A DNA stretch of 63,853 bases, counting the filler, from Octopus bimaculoides (taxonomy: Eukaryota): assembly GCF_001194135.2 (NCBI RefSeq). It is 8 parts of 8 records of this genome, joined end to end, with 100 filler letters (N's around TTAATTAATTAA, not from the genome) between each part and the next. Parts side by side here need not be neighbours in the genome. Positions count along the whole stretch, not along the records: positions 14,477 to 30,397 come from NC_068981.1; positions 30,498 to 35,174 come from NC_068984.1; positions 35,275 to 39,739 come from NC_068999.1; 5 more parts are not named here. One strand, 5' to 3'. Below, piece after piece: positions 24,152 to 36,176 of the stretch. Numbering within the stretch: position 1 is the stretch's first letter; each line of letters opens with the position of its first letter. The notes under the pieces are model-generated. The model did no database searches. It was not told the DNA's origin and was given only the letters and a program-made list of their open reading frames with translations. The translations under genes were made by a program, and so were the position numbers.

Positions 24152-24845
24152 NNNNNNNNNNNNNNNNNNNNNNNNNNNNNNNNNNNNNNNNNNNNNNNNN
24201 NNNNNNNNNNNNNNNNNNNNNNNNNNNNNNNNNNNNNNNNNNNNNNNNNNNNNNNNNNNNNNNNNNNNNNNNNNNNNNNNNNNNNNNNNNNNNNNNNNNN
24301 NNNNNNNNNNNNNNNNNNNNNNNNNNNNNNNNNNNNNNNNNNNNNNNNNNNNNNNNNNNNNNNNNNNNNNNNNNNNNNNNNNNNNNNNNNNNNNNNNNNN
24401 NNNNNNNNNNNNNNNNNNNNNNNNNNNNNNNNNNNNNNNNNNNNNNNNNNNNNNNNNNNNNNNNNNNNNNNNNNNNNNNNNNNNNNNNNNNNNNNNNNNN
24501 NNNNNNNNNNNNNNNNNNNNNNNNNNNNNNNNNNNNNNNNNNNNNNNNNNNNNNNNNNNNNNNNNNNNNNNNNNNNNNNNNNNNNNNNNNNGGGGGAATC
24601 CCATTAGGTGATTCGGTGCACTCCTTACACAAATCTAGCCCAGACTGACACCCCACAGCAAAGCTTCATGATTATACAGCCGCATAGTTAGAGTAGCCAT
24701 GCCACTGTCGCCACTCTCACCTCACTCATCTTTCATAAATAACACATGAAAGGGATTCTCTACATGATCAGTCGATCTGCTAAAAATAGCAGCCAGATCT
24801 CATTCAAATCACACACTGCAGTCTTACAAGTAATAATTATAATAA

Positions 24846-25225
24846 TACTTTCTACTATAGGTACAAGGCCTGAAGTTTGGAAGGGGGACTAGTCGATTAC
24901 ATCGACCCCAGTGCGCAACTGGTACTTAATTTATCGACCTCGGCGGAATTTGAACTCAGAACTTAAAGCCGGACGAAATGCCGCTAAGCATTTTAACGAT
25001 TCATCCAGCTCGCCACCTTAATAATAATAATAATAATAATAATGATAATCGTTTCTGCTATAGGCACAAGGCCTGACATTTTTGGTAAGTCATTTACATT
25101 GACCGCAGTGTTTCACTGGTACTTAATTTATCGACCCCGAAAAGATGAACGGCAAAGTCGAGCTCGGCGGAATTTGAACTGAGAACGTAAAAACGGACGA
25201 AATGCCGCTAAGCATTTTGCCTCGC
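24846..25225 (-). mobile_element. Two tandem SINE-B copies separated by (AAT)n
   Basis: Copies at 24846-25020 (internally deleted) and 25050-25225. Confidence 0.8.
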
Positions 25226-25371
25226 GACAGGATAGCATATATGGCCCTTGGTTCTTTGCATGTAAGAAGAAAGCGGAATGGTCATTCTTGGAAAGTCTTT
25301 GATCATAAGTGTCTTCGATCAAGCTTGAATTAAATTCTGCACAACAACAGCAACAGCAAAACGTTTCATAG

Positions 25372-25497
25372 GATTTACTAGAGGGGTCACCGCCCTTTTA
25401 TCCTCGCCTTGCTCTGCAAATGGAACTTAAAGAAGTGGAGAAAGAAAATCTTCCATTCTATGAACTGCTTCCTCTACACCAGTTTATTGCCGCAAGG
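25372..25497 (+). CDS. Weak candidate exon or decayed ORF fragment, product unknown
   Basis: TTTCATAG acceptor and AGG|GTAACA donor, 126 nt, phase 0-0: DLLEGSPPFYPRLALQMELKEVEKENLPFYELLPLHQFIAAR. No homology recognised. Confidence 0.18.
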
Positions 25498-25696
25498 GTA
25501 ACAGATGGAGGAACATTACAAGAAAAACTACAAAATACACTTCAAAATAAATACTATTAAAAAAATAGTAATAGTGTTTTAATATAGATATACGAAGTGT
25601 ATGTTTCTACATGTAACTTATTGAGCAGGTGTGTATGTACACGAAACGACGTGTATACACTTTGATATGTATGAGTTTTTGTATGAGCATATGTAC

Positions 25697-25743
<47 letters not shown>

Positions 25744-26005
25744 AATCTATTTATACACACACACATACACACATACACACATACACACATACACACATAT
25801 ATAAAATGATTAAGGTGGCCAGACGCAGAAGGAAGTAATTCACTGTCAGTAAACGTGACCAAGGGTGCAGTGAGCACCGGCGTTGCTATATACATACATA
25901 CATACATACATACATACGTACATACGTACATACATACATACATACATACGTACATGCATACATGCACGCGCACACGCACACACACGCACACACAAACACA
26001 CACTT

Positions 26006-26430
26006 ATATCTATATGAATATAATATGTGACAATTATTCGGTTGCCATAATAAAACTCCGAGTTTCGGATGTCGTGGCGGAAATCTGCTCCGGCATCTCG
26101 TCAGTTTTTAGGACAATAAAAAAAATGCTATGAAAATAACCATTAAACAAAGGGAAATTACAATGTAAATGTCCGTTCTTAAGGCAAACAAAAGAGCTAT
26201 TAGAATGACCGTTAAATGAAGGGAAAAAACCCGAAGGGCTAAAGTGTAAAAAAGTAAAAACGCTCATAGAATTCGCGTATGCGCGCATGCCGGAGCAGAT
26301 TTCCGGCCCGACATCCGAAACTCGGAGTTTTATTATGGCAACCGAATAATTGTCGCAAATTATATTATAGATAAATCCCTCTATTTACATAATATCGAGG
26401 TCCCATTCATTCTTTTGTTGTCTTACCATT
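26006..26430. mobile_element. Head-to-head inverted PLE-type terminal-repeat structure
   Basis: 26017-26096 is a near-perfect inverted copy of 26287-26366 (80 bp). The left arm carries a hammerhead core. Confidence 0.7.
26048..26110 (-). ncRNA. Type I minimal hammerhead ribozyme motif with canonical core
   Basis: Minus strand: TAAAAA-CTGACGA-GATG...CATCC-GAAAC-TC-G-GAGTT^TTATTA. Helix III ACTC/GAGT has a 1-nt loop, so dimer folding is expected. Predicted cut lies between 26054 and 26053. Confidence 0.6.
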
Positions 26431-26441
26431 ATTATTAATAT

Positions 26442-26618
26442 GCAGGAGTGGCTGTGTGATAAGTAGTTTGCTTACCAACCACATGGTTCCGGGTTCAGTC
26501 CCACTGCGTGGCACCTTGGGCAAGTGTCTTCTACTATAGCCTCGGGTCGACCAAAGCCTTGTGAGTGGATTTGGTAGACGGAAACTGAAAGAAGCCCGTC
26601 ATATATATGTATATGTAT
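26442..26618 (+). mobile_element. SINE family A, 5' half up to gap
   Basis: Near-consensus head GCAGGAGTGGCTGTGTG...GGGTTCAGTCCCACTGCGTGGCACC. Confidence 0.85.
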
Positions 26619-27314
26619 NNNNNNNNNNNNNNNNNNNNNNNNNNNNNNNNNNNNNNNNNNNNNNNNNNNNNNNNNNNNNNNNNNNNNNNNNNNNNNNNNN
26701 NNNNNNNNNNNNNNNNNNNNNNNNNNNNNNNNNNNNNNNNNNNNNNNNNNNNNNNNNNNNNNNNNNNNNNNNNNNNNNNNNNNNNNNNNNNNNNNNNNNN
26801 NNNNNNNNNNNNNNNNNNNNNNNNNNNNNNNNNNNNNNNNNNNNNNNNNNNNNNNNNNNNNNNNNNNNNNNNNNNNNNNNNNNNNNNNNNNNNNNNNNNN
26901 NNNNNNNNNNNNNNNNNNNNNNNNNNNNNNNNNNNNNNNNNNNNNNNNNNNNNNNNNNNNNNNNNNNNNNNNNNNNNNNNNNNNNNNNNNNNNNNNNNNN
27001 NNNNNNNNNNNNNNNATATATATATATATATATATATACAATTTTAGGGTGAATATGGTACTTAAGTTTAGGCACCAGAATTAAGTATGGTATTATCAAT
27101 ACAATTCCAAAATAAGGTGATTAAAATCAAAATACAATTTCTACATGCATACACACATTCATACTTACATAGATAGATATACACGCATACGTATACATAC
27201 ATACATGTATATATACATATTCATACGCAATACACATATCCTGTCCAGATAGACGCACTCACACATACATACATATACTACACAAATATACATACACATA
27301 TATATACTACTACA

Positions 27315-27532
27315 GGCGGTGAGCTGGCAGAAACGTTAGCACGCCGGGCGAAATGCTTAGCGGTATTTCGTCTGCCGCTACGTTCTGAGTTCAAATTCCG
27401 CCGAGGTCGACTTTGCCTTTCATCCTTTCGGGGTCGATTAAATAAGTACCAGTCACGCACTGGGGTCGATATAATCGACTTAATTCGTTTGTCCCCTCTG
27501 TATGTAGCCCCTTGTGGGTAGTAAAGAAATAA
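27315..27532 (+). mobile_element. SINE family B, full length, tail type 2 (young-looking)
   Basis: Complete head, core and CCCCTTGTGGGTAGTAAAGAAATAA tail. Flanks share CATATATACTAC (possible TSD). Confidence 0.9.
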
Positions 27533-28158
27533 CACATATATACTACACACACACATTCATACATGAATGTGTATGCGTGTGTGTGTGTGTGTGATGATGA
27601 TGTTTATAGTTTGTCCATATATACATAGACTCGTACACGCATAACTTCATCCATTCACAAACACCAGTTTTTATCTTCAGAATCTCCCCCCCCCCTTTCA
27701 TTGAAACATTTTCTTTCCTTTTTTTTTTCNNNNNNNNNNNNNNNNNNNNNNNNNNNNNNNNNNNNNNNNNNNNNNNNNNNNNNNNNNNNNNNNNNNNNNN
27801 NNNNNNNNNNNNNNNNNNNNNNNNNNNNNNNNNNNNNNNNNNNNNNNNNNNNNNNNNNNNNNNNNNNNNNNNNNNNNNNNNNNNNNNNNNNNNNNNNNNN
27901 NNNNNNNNNNNNNNNNNNNNNNNNNNNATTTAATTTTTCTTCTCTCTCTCATTCCGCTATATGGACACACATCCCTCCCTCTCTCCCTCTCTTACTCCGC
28001 TATATGGACAAACATCCCTCTCTCTCTCTCTCCCTCCCTCTACACACACAAAAAAGCCCATGTACACAAACAGGTTGAGATAACCATACACTCACATACA
28101 TACACACCACAAACACAAACGTATACAAGCACACACAAACAGGTTACAAGAATCATAT

Positions 28159-28202
<44 letters not shown>

Positions 28203-28369
28203 TCATAAACGTCCCCTCTCTCGCCCGATGTTGGTCCTGTGCTTTTCCTTCTCCATCCCCTTTAATCAAATACCCTTATATATTTACTTGCTTATGTTGG
28301 GGACTCCTTTATTTTGACTGTAGTTGTTTGTTAAGGGCGTTCTTCCTTCTTTTTCATATTTACCCTTCA

Positions 28370-28370
28370 C

Positions 28371-28406
<36 letters not shown>

Positions 28407-28910
28407 CTCTCTGTGTCTGTCTGTCTGTCTCTCTGTGTCTGTCTGTCTCTCTGTGTCTGTCTGTCTCTCTGTCTGTCTGTGTCTGTCTGTCTGTCTCTCT
28501 CTCTCCCTCTGTCTGTATGTCTGTCTCTCTGTGTCTGTCTGCCTGTCTGTCTGTCTCTCTGTGTCTGTCTGTCTGTCTCTCTGTCTCTCTGTGTCTGTCT
28601 ATCTTTCTCTCCCGCTCCCTCTCTCTTTGCCTCTTTATAATTTCTACCCCCCCTCTTACTCTCTCGCTCTTTTATGATAACTATTTCTTACTTTTACATC
28701 TTACACAACAGCATCCTTTATATTAAAGCCTCTCCCACACTATAGCTCTGTCTATGTAATAGAACTCTATCTGTCTGTCTGTCTGATTGTCTAAATACGT
28801 GTCTGTGAATGTGTGCGTGTGTGTGTGTGAGTGTATCTCGCTCTTCGCGTGTTCCTTTCAACTTTTCCATTAGGGATACTATCATCCCTTTTCTTTATTA
28901 ACCCCCCAAA

Positions 28911-28965
<55 letters not shown>

Positions 28966-28982
28966 GCTATCTATCTATCTAT
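28370..28982. repeat. (CT)n/(CTGT)n compound and (CTAT)n microsatellites
   Basis: Direct inspection. Confidence 0.85.
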
Positions 28983-28984
28983 AC

Positions 28985-29544
28985 GGGTTTGGCTGTGTGG
29001 TAAGTAGCTTGCTTACCAACCACATGGTTCTGGGTTCAGTCCCACTGCGTGGCACCTTGGGCAAGTGGTTTCTACTATAGCCTCGGGCCGACCGAAGCCT
29101 TGTGAGTGGATTTGGTAGACGGAAACTGAAAGAAGCCCGTCGTATATATGTATATATATGTATGTGTTTGTGTGTCTGTGTTTGTACCCCCAACATCGCT
29201 TGACAACCGATGGTGGTGTGTTTACGTCNNNNNNNNNNGTTCAGTCCCACTGCGTGGCACCTTGGGCAAGTGGTTTCTACTATAGCCTCGGGCCGACCGA
29301 AGCCTTGTGAGTGGATTTGGTAGACGGAAACTGAAAGAAGCCCGTCGTATATATGTATATATATGTATGTGTTTGTGTGTCTGTGTTTGTACCCCCAACA
29401 TCGCTTGACAACCGATGGTGGTGTGTTTACGTCCCCGTAACTTAGCGGTTCGGTAAAGTCCTGGGGTCGATTTGCTCGACTAAAAAGGCGGTGCTCCAGC
29501 ATGGCCGCAGTCAAATGACTGAAACAAGTAAAAGAGTAAAAGAG
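28985..29544 (+). mobile_element. SINE family A (apparently duplicated across a 10-N gap)
   Basis: 29034-29228 is repeated as 29239-29433, and the tail carries an internal deletion. Confidence 0.8.
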
Positions 29545-30165
29545 TATATGTACATGTATGTGCGTATATATACAAAGCTATACATATGTGTGTTTATATA
29601 CAAAACTATACATATGTGTGTATGCACACATAGATATACATATACGTATGTGTGTGTGTATCAATATATCACCCCTTTTCTTACACTATTTATCACAACA
29701 CCTCATTGCAGTATCATTTTCAAAAATACTGTTTCCACGCCCGTAATCTATACAACTCCACCCCCATTTAAATGCAAATCATAACGATAAAGCCACGGCT
29801 TTTTTTTTTGTTTTTTACTTACCTATATATATGTATACTATATCTTATTTAACCTTAACGATAACTCCACCCATTTGTTTTGGCAAACTAACCAATCAAT
29901 ATTGAGTATACAGCAGCAGAGTAACACACCACATGCTTTTCTTGAATGCTGGCGTATAAACCCTCGTTTGTCTTTGTTTACAACCAGCCAACGTTTCTGG
30001 ATACTTTCTTTTGTTTTGCATTATAAATATTTAGCATGTTCACATGTAGACCTATGTACGAATATAAACACATGTATTTACATTAACATAAACACACAGA
30101 AACTCACGCACACACACACACACACACAAACACACACATATATATATATGTATATATATATATAT

Positions 30166-30397
30166 CTCTTTTACTCTTTTACTCTTTTACTTGTTTCAGT
30201 CATTTGACTGCGGCCATGCTGGAGCACCGCCTTTAGTCGAGTAAATCGACCCCAGGACTTATTCTTTGGAAGCCTAGTACTTATTCTATCTTTGTCTTTT
30301 GCCGAACCGCTAAGTTACGGAGACGTAAACGCATCAGCATCGGTTGTCAAGCGATGTTGGGGGGACAAACACAGACACACAAACATACACACACATA
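30166..30397 (-). mobile_element. SINE family A, 3' half
   Basis: Reverse complement of the tail, CTCTTTTACTTGTTTCAGTCATTTGACTGCGGCC. Confidence 0.85.
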
Positions 30398-31131
30398 NNN
30401 NNNNNNNNNNNNNNNNNNNNNNNNNNNNNNNNNNNNNNNNNTTAATTAATTAANNNNNNNNNNNNNNNNNNNNNNNNNNNNNNNNNNNNNNNNNNNNTAT
30501 ATATATATACATTTACATGTATATGTACGTACATACATATATATAAATATGTACATATATATACATGCATATATATATATATGTATATATGTATATGTAT
30601 ATGTTATATATATATATATATATATATATGTGTGATTATATTATATAGTTCTATAGGTGCATGCGCGTGCGTTTGTATATATTCCACATGTATTATGACA
30701 TACACATATATCGTATATATAATATTCACACATATATATGTTCATGTATGTATAGAGAAAATTATTTGTACATATCTTTATCTATCTATCTGTCGCTCTA
30801 TCTGTCTATCATATATATATATATAGGTGTATAGATACATCAATATGCATACATATATGCATGTATATAGACATACATAGATAACATTGTTATAGGCAAT
30901 GCTTCATAACCCTGCATAACTGAGGCTCGTAAATCCTTTTAAATGAATTTGTATAAATTTATTCAAATAATTTAATGTATTATACTTGCCGAAATACTAA
31001 ATACTATTGCACATAAAACGCCACATTTTATACTCTAAATATTGCTTAAACGAATTTAAACAACAACTAGTTTAAATCCTTCTTTACTAAGCATGATTTA
31101 TATGTGTGCATATATTTATATACATACATAT

Positions 31132-31252
<121 letters not shown>

Positions 31253-31504
31253 GAAGTATGCATGCATGTATGTATGTATGAGGAAATTTCAGATACGAAA
31301 TGAAAATATCGAAATGTATGAAAATTAAGTGAAAGAAAAGACAAAGGAAAGGATGAAATCTTTCAGTTATTAATTTTCGATTTTTCCCCCTAAATTCTTT
31401 CCTTTTCTTCTTCATTTTTTACCGGAGTTTTTATTGTCTTGGATTCATAAGCAAATCTCTATATGATACACACTCAAATAATACAAATAATGATAATACG
31501 TTAT

Positions 31505-31710
31505 ACTAAAGGTAAAAGGCCTGGAATATGAGAGGAGAGGACTAGTCGATTAAATCGACTCCAGTTTTTCTCTATGTACTCGATATAACGGCCCCGAAGG
31601 GATGAAAAGCAAAGTCGTCCTCGGCGGATTTTGAACTCCGAATGTAGCAGCAGACGAAACTCCGCTAAGCATTTCGCCTGGCGTGCTAACGATTCTGCCA
31701 ACTCGCCGCC

Positions 31711-31790
<80 letters not shown>

Positions 31791-32026
31791 NNNNNNNNNN
31801 ATGATAATAATAATAATAATAATAATGAAAATGATAATAATAATAATAATAATAATGAAAATGATAATAATAATAATAATAATGAAAATGATAATAATAA
31901 TAATAATGATGAAAATGATAATAATAATAATAATAATGATGAAAATAATAATAATAATAATAATAATGATGAAAATAATAATAATAATAATAATAATGAT
32001 GAAAATGATAATAATAATAATCATAA

Positions 32027-32096
<70 letters not shown>

Positions 32097-32200
32097 CGTT
32101 TCTACTCTAGGCACAAGTTGGGTTGGGATGAAGAGCAAATTCGACCTCGAGTATCGATTCCAAGTTATATGGGTCGATGTAGTCGAATATTCTCCACTTT
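31505..32200 (-). mobile_element. SINE-B (31505-31712), long (AAT)n with a higher-order GAAAAT-punctuated array (31713-32096), and a decayed SINE-B tail
   Basis: Direct inspection. Confidence 0.75.
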
Positions 32201-32709
32201 CCTCAAGTGGAAAACACAATAAGAAATTCTAGTTGAGACCTAAGAACAGACATTTTGATGCCAGAGCGTTTTTTCGATACCAGTAATGCTTCTAACGCAG
32301 TACCTTAGATATCAACCCAGAAAGAAGGATATAAAAGTTGAAACAGGCAGGATTGAACACAGAACATAGAGCAACTTAATTAAATAGTATTCCACTCAAT
32401 GACAGTAGTAATGAATTAGTAATGATTAACAAGGCGAGCAAGCTGGCAAAATCTTTAGCGCGTCGGTCACAATACAATTCTTAGTAGCTTTTCCTGCGAT
32501 ACTTTTACGTGCTGTACTCAAATCTCACTGCGATCAATTTTGTCTTTCATCTTTCCGGTGTTGACAAAATAAAGCACTAGTCATGTACTGTGGTTGATGT
32601 AATCGACTAACCGCTCGCTTTAATTTCAGGATTTGTGCTTTTATCAGAAACAAATAGTAATGCTGAAAAAATACTTTCGAAATGAAATTATAGAAATCTT
32701 AGTTTATAA

Positions 32710-33041
32710 CAGTGTTTCTCAAATGGGGTCCATATAGTTCTTGGGTTCTGTTTGACCCTTGGGTTCCATATGGCTTTTGGGTTCCATATAGCCCTTGGAT
32801 CCACTATGGCTCTTGAGTTCTATATAAGATTTTGTTGTTAAAATTCATGCACAATAAATTGCATACACTTCTGCAATACACAAAGTATTCCAATTTTTTA
32901 AATACAATTTCTCTTAATATTTAATAATGAAAATACGATAAGATGTTTTTTATATGCACATGGAATGACTATGAAGTTTCAGTAGAGTAAAATAGGAGGA
33001 ATCAAAGTTGTCCATAGACAAAGAATGGATGAGAATCACTG
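32710..33041. mobile_element. hAT (Charlie-like) MITE
   Basis: TIRs CAGTGTTTCTCA / TGAGAATCACTG. 8-bp flanks GTTTATAA / GTTTGTTA (6/8 match). Internal ~18-bp CCATATAGCCCTTGGGTT-type tandem repeats. Confidence 0.7.
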
Positions 33042-33496
33042 GTTTGTTATGTTCTCGCGTAGGCTCGTTTCAAACCTAGGTTTGCCCCACCAATCTCCAA
33101 ACGTAATTTCAGTAATCATTATTCCTCTTACTTGCAGTTATAGTCTATCTGTCTTCAATCATATGTATATCGTGCACAACTCCACTGTAACACACACACA
33201 CAAACACATACACACACACACACACACACACATACACACACACACACATACACACAAATATATACACACACACACACACTGACGCATATATATACACACA
33301 CAAATTTATACCTAATACTTTTTCTTTCATGTCTACTCGATCCGTACTTACTGGCAATAATTTTACATTTGTATATATATATATATATATTTAATAATTG
33401 TGGTCAGTTGGGTCACCTGCAGATGATATGGCTAGTATTCCAATGACCCAGTCACGTTGTGAGTAAAATAATTCAAAGGGACACAGCTGCTCTTAC

Positions 33497-33555
33497 TGAC
33501 AGGATGTGCAACTCCGTAGAGGCACCACCCGCTCTGCCTGCCGTATGTATGATGT
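33497..33555 (-). CDS. Candidate 59-nt internal exon, product unknown
   Basis: Good acceptor CATCCCCGTACTCACAG and donor GTAAGA. All three frames are open (e.g. [19 protein letters not shown]). GC-richer than the flanks. Confidence 0.3.
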
Positions 33556-33757
33556 CTGTGAGTACGGGGATGAGGTGTGAGTGTATGTATGTATGTATGT
33601 ATGTATGTATGTATGTATGTATGTATGTATGTATGTATATGAGTATATATATATACATGTATACATATTTGTATATATATCTATATTTATATCTATATAT
33701 ATATAGATATGTATATGTATATGTATATATGTATATATATGTATATGTATAAATATA

Positions 33758-33792
<35 letters not shown>

Positions 33793-34442
33793 GTATATAT
33801 ATCTATGTATATATATATGTACATATATATGTATATATATATATATATATGTATGTATATATATATATATATATATATANNNNNNNNNNNNNNNNNNNNN
33901 NNNNNNNNNNNNNNNNNNNNNNNNNNNNNNNNNNNNNNNNNNNNNNNNNNNNNNNNNNNNNNNNNNNNNNNNNNNNNNNNNNNNNNNNNNNNNNNNNNNN
34001 NNNNNNNNNNNNNNNNNNNNNNNNNNNNNNNNNNNNNNNNNNNNNNNNNNNNNNNNNNNNNNNNNNNNNNNNNNNNNNNNNNNNNNNNNNNNNNNNNNNN
34101 NNNNNNNNNNNNNNNNNNNNNNNNNNNNNNNNNNNNNNNNNNNNNNNNNNNNNNNNNNNNNNNNNNNNNNNNNNNNNNNNNNNNNNNNNNNNNNNNNNNN
34201 NNNNNNNNNNNNNNNNNNNNNNNNNNNNNNNNNNNNNNNNNNNNNNNNNNNNNNNNNNNNNNNNNNNNNNNNNNNNNNNNNNNNNNNNNNNNNNNNNNNN
34301 NNNNNNNNNNNNNNNNNNNNNNNNNNNNNNNNNNNNNNNNNNNNNNNNNNNNNNNNNNNNNNNNNNNNNNNNNNNNNNNNNNNNNNNNNNNNNNNNNNNN
34401 NNNNNNNNNNNNNNNNNNNNNNNNNNNNNNNNNNNNNNNNNN

Positions 34443-34491
<49 letters not shown>

Positions 34492-34962
34492 CATATATAT
34501 ACATATATATATATATATATGGATGAATGTCTGTCTATCTGTATGTATGTATGTAAATAATTTATATTTGTGTATGTTTGTGTATGTGTGTATGGATGCG
34601 TGAACATATATAAAGCGCATATATGTATGTATATGTGTATGTACGTAATGTATATATTATATACATGAATATTTATTTTACAAAGACTTAGAGACTAATA
34701 CTGCTCCCTAAAGTGACAAAGAAAACACAGTGTGATGGGAGTAACACATGGAAGGGCCAAGCTAATATGAATGTGTGTGTGTGCATGTGTGTTTGTGAGC
34801 GCATTTCAACTTTTCAGCATGTGCATTGAAAGTGACAACCATAAATGCATCACACATACTATAGCACACCCCCACTCAATGCACGTTAATGTATGTATAA
34901 AATTTTCAAACAAGAAATGAATTCATGCTTGTGTGTCGCGCGTTCGCGTGCGTATGTACGTC

Positions 34963-35028
<66 letters not shown>

Positions 35029-35132
35029 TGGTATTCATGGAATAAAATTGATTCTGAAATTCATCATATCGTGTTTTCTATATTACTGTGACAGGCAGGT
35101 TCCGTCCATCCGTCCAACTGTCTGTCTGTTTG

Positions 35133-35174
<42 letters not shown>

Positions 35175-36140
35175 NNNNNNNNNNNNNNNNNNNNNNNNNN
35201 NNNNNNNNNNNNNNNNNNTTAATTAATTAANNNNNNNNNNNNNNNNNNNNNNNNNNNNNNNNNNNNNNNNNNNNAAGCATATGTGTATATATGTATATAT
35301 ATATATTCGTATGTTCGTGTGTATATTTAATTCATTGTTTTGGACAAGTGTATCTTTTAAGAACCTGTTTGTGATATGATTTAATTCTCTTTTCTTATTC
35401 CAAGGATACATTTAAACAAAGAGACTTAAAATCGTTACAGTTTCTTAGAGTCGATAAGAGAATTGATGATCGGAAAACCACGCAGCGCCTAGGTTGATTA
35501 TGTAGGTATATGTATATAAGCTCCATTGAAATACATATAAAAAATATCAATAAACTCTTTCACGTCCCCTAGGAAACTGGCAAAGCGCCCAATAAATGGC
35601 CATCGATGTTTATTTTATCTTTAACTAATATGAAGCTAATTTATTTGAAATGTGTCTCGTGTTCTGGTCATAAGGTCAAGCCGACATCTGTCTTATCCGT
35701 GCCTTCATAATCAATCATTGGCGCCGTAATTAGCGAAACAAACCGAAGTAATCGTGACTTATTGAAGACATTGAAGAAAATTATTTTTAATTATAACTCG
35801 CTATCTATTTTATCTCTAAAATGTAATTAATTTGTATTAAATATTTGTACTAGGTTTTTATTGTTTGTTTTATGATGTTATTGTTTGTTTTATTCAACCA
35901 CGTTGCAGACAAGATATCGACTACAACGTAATATAATGTTTGGTCAACATACTGTTTTGAACAATTAATATAATTTAAATGTGGCTGCCAATACGCTTCT
36001 ACGTATACCTAATTATAATACATCTACAAGCTCACGCACGTGTATATACACACAAGCACCCGCGCAAAAATGTTTTTTTCTTAAATTATATATATGTATA
36101 TATGCATATATGTGTGTGTGTGTCTGTGTATGTGCATGCA

Positions 36141-36176
<36 letters not shown>

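Noticed and set aside
29034-29433. Apparent tandem duplication of a SINE-A body
   Set aside because: Identical 195-bp blocks on either side of a 10-N gap indicate unmerged contig overlap.
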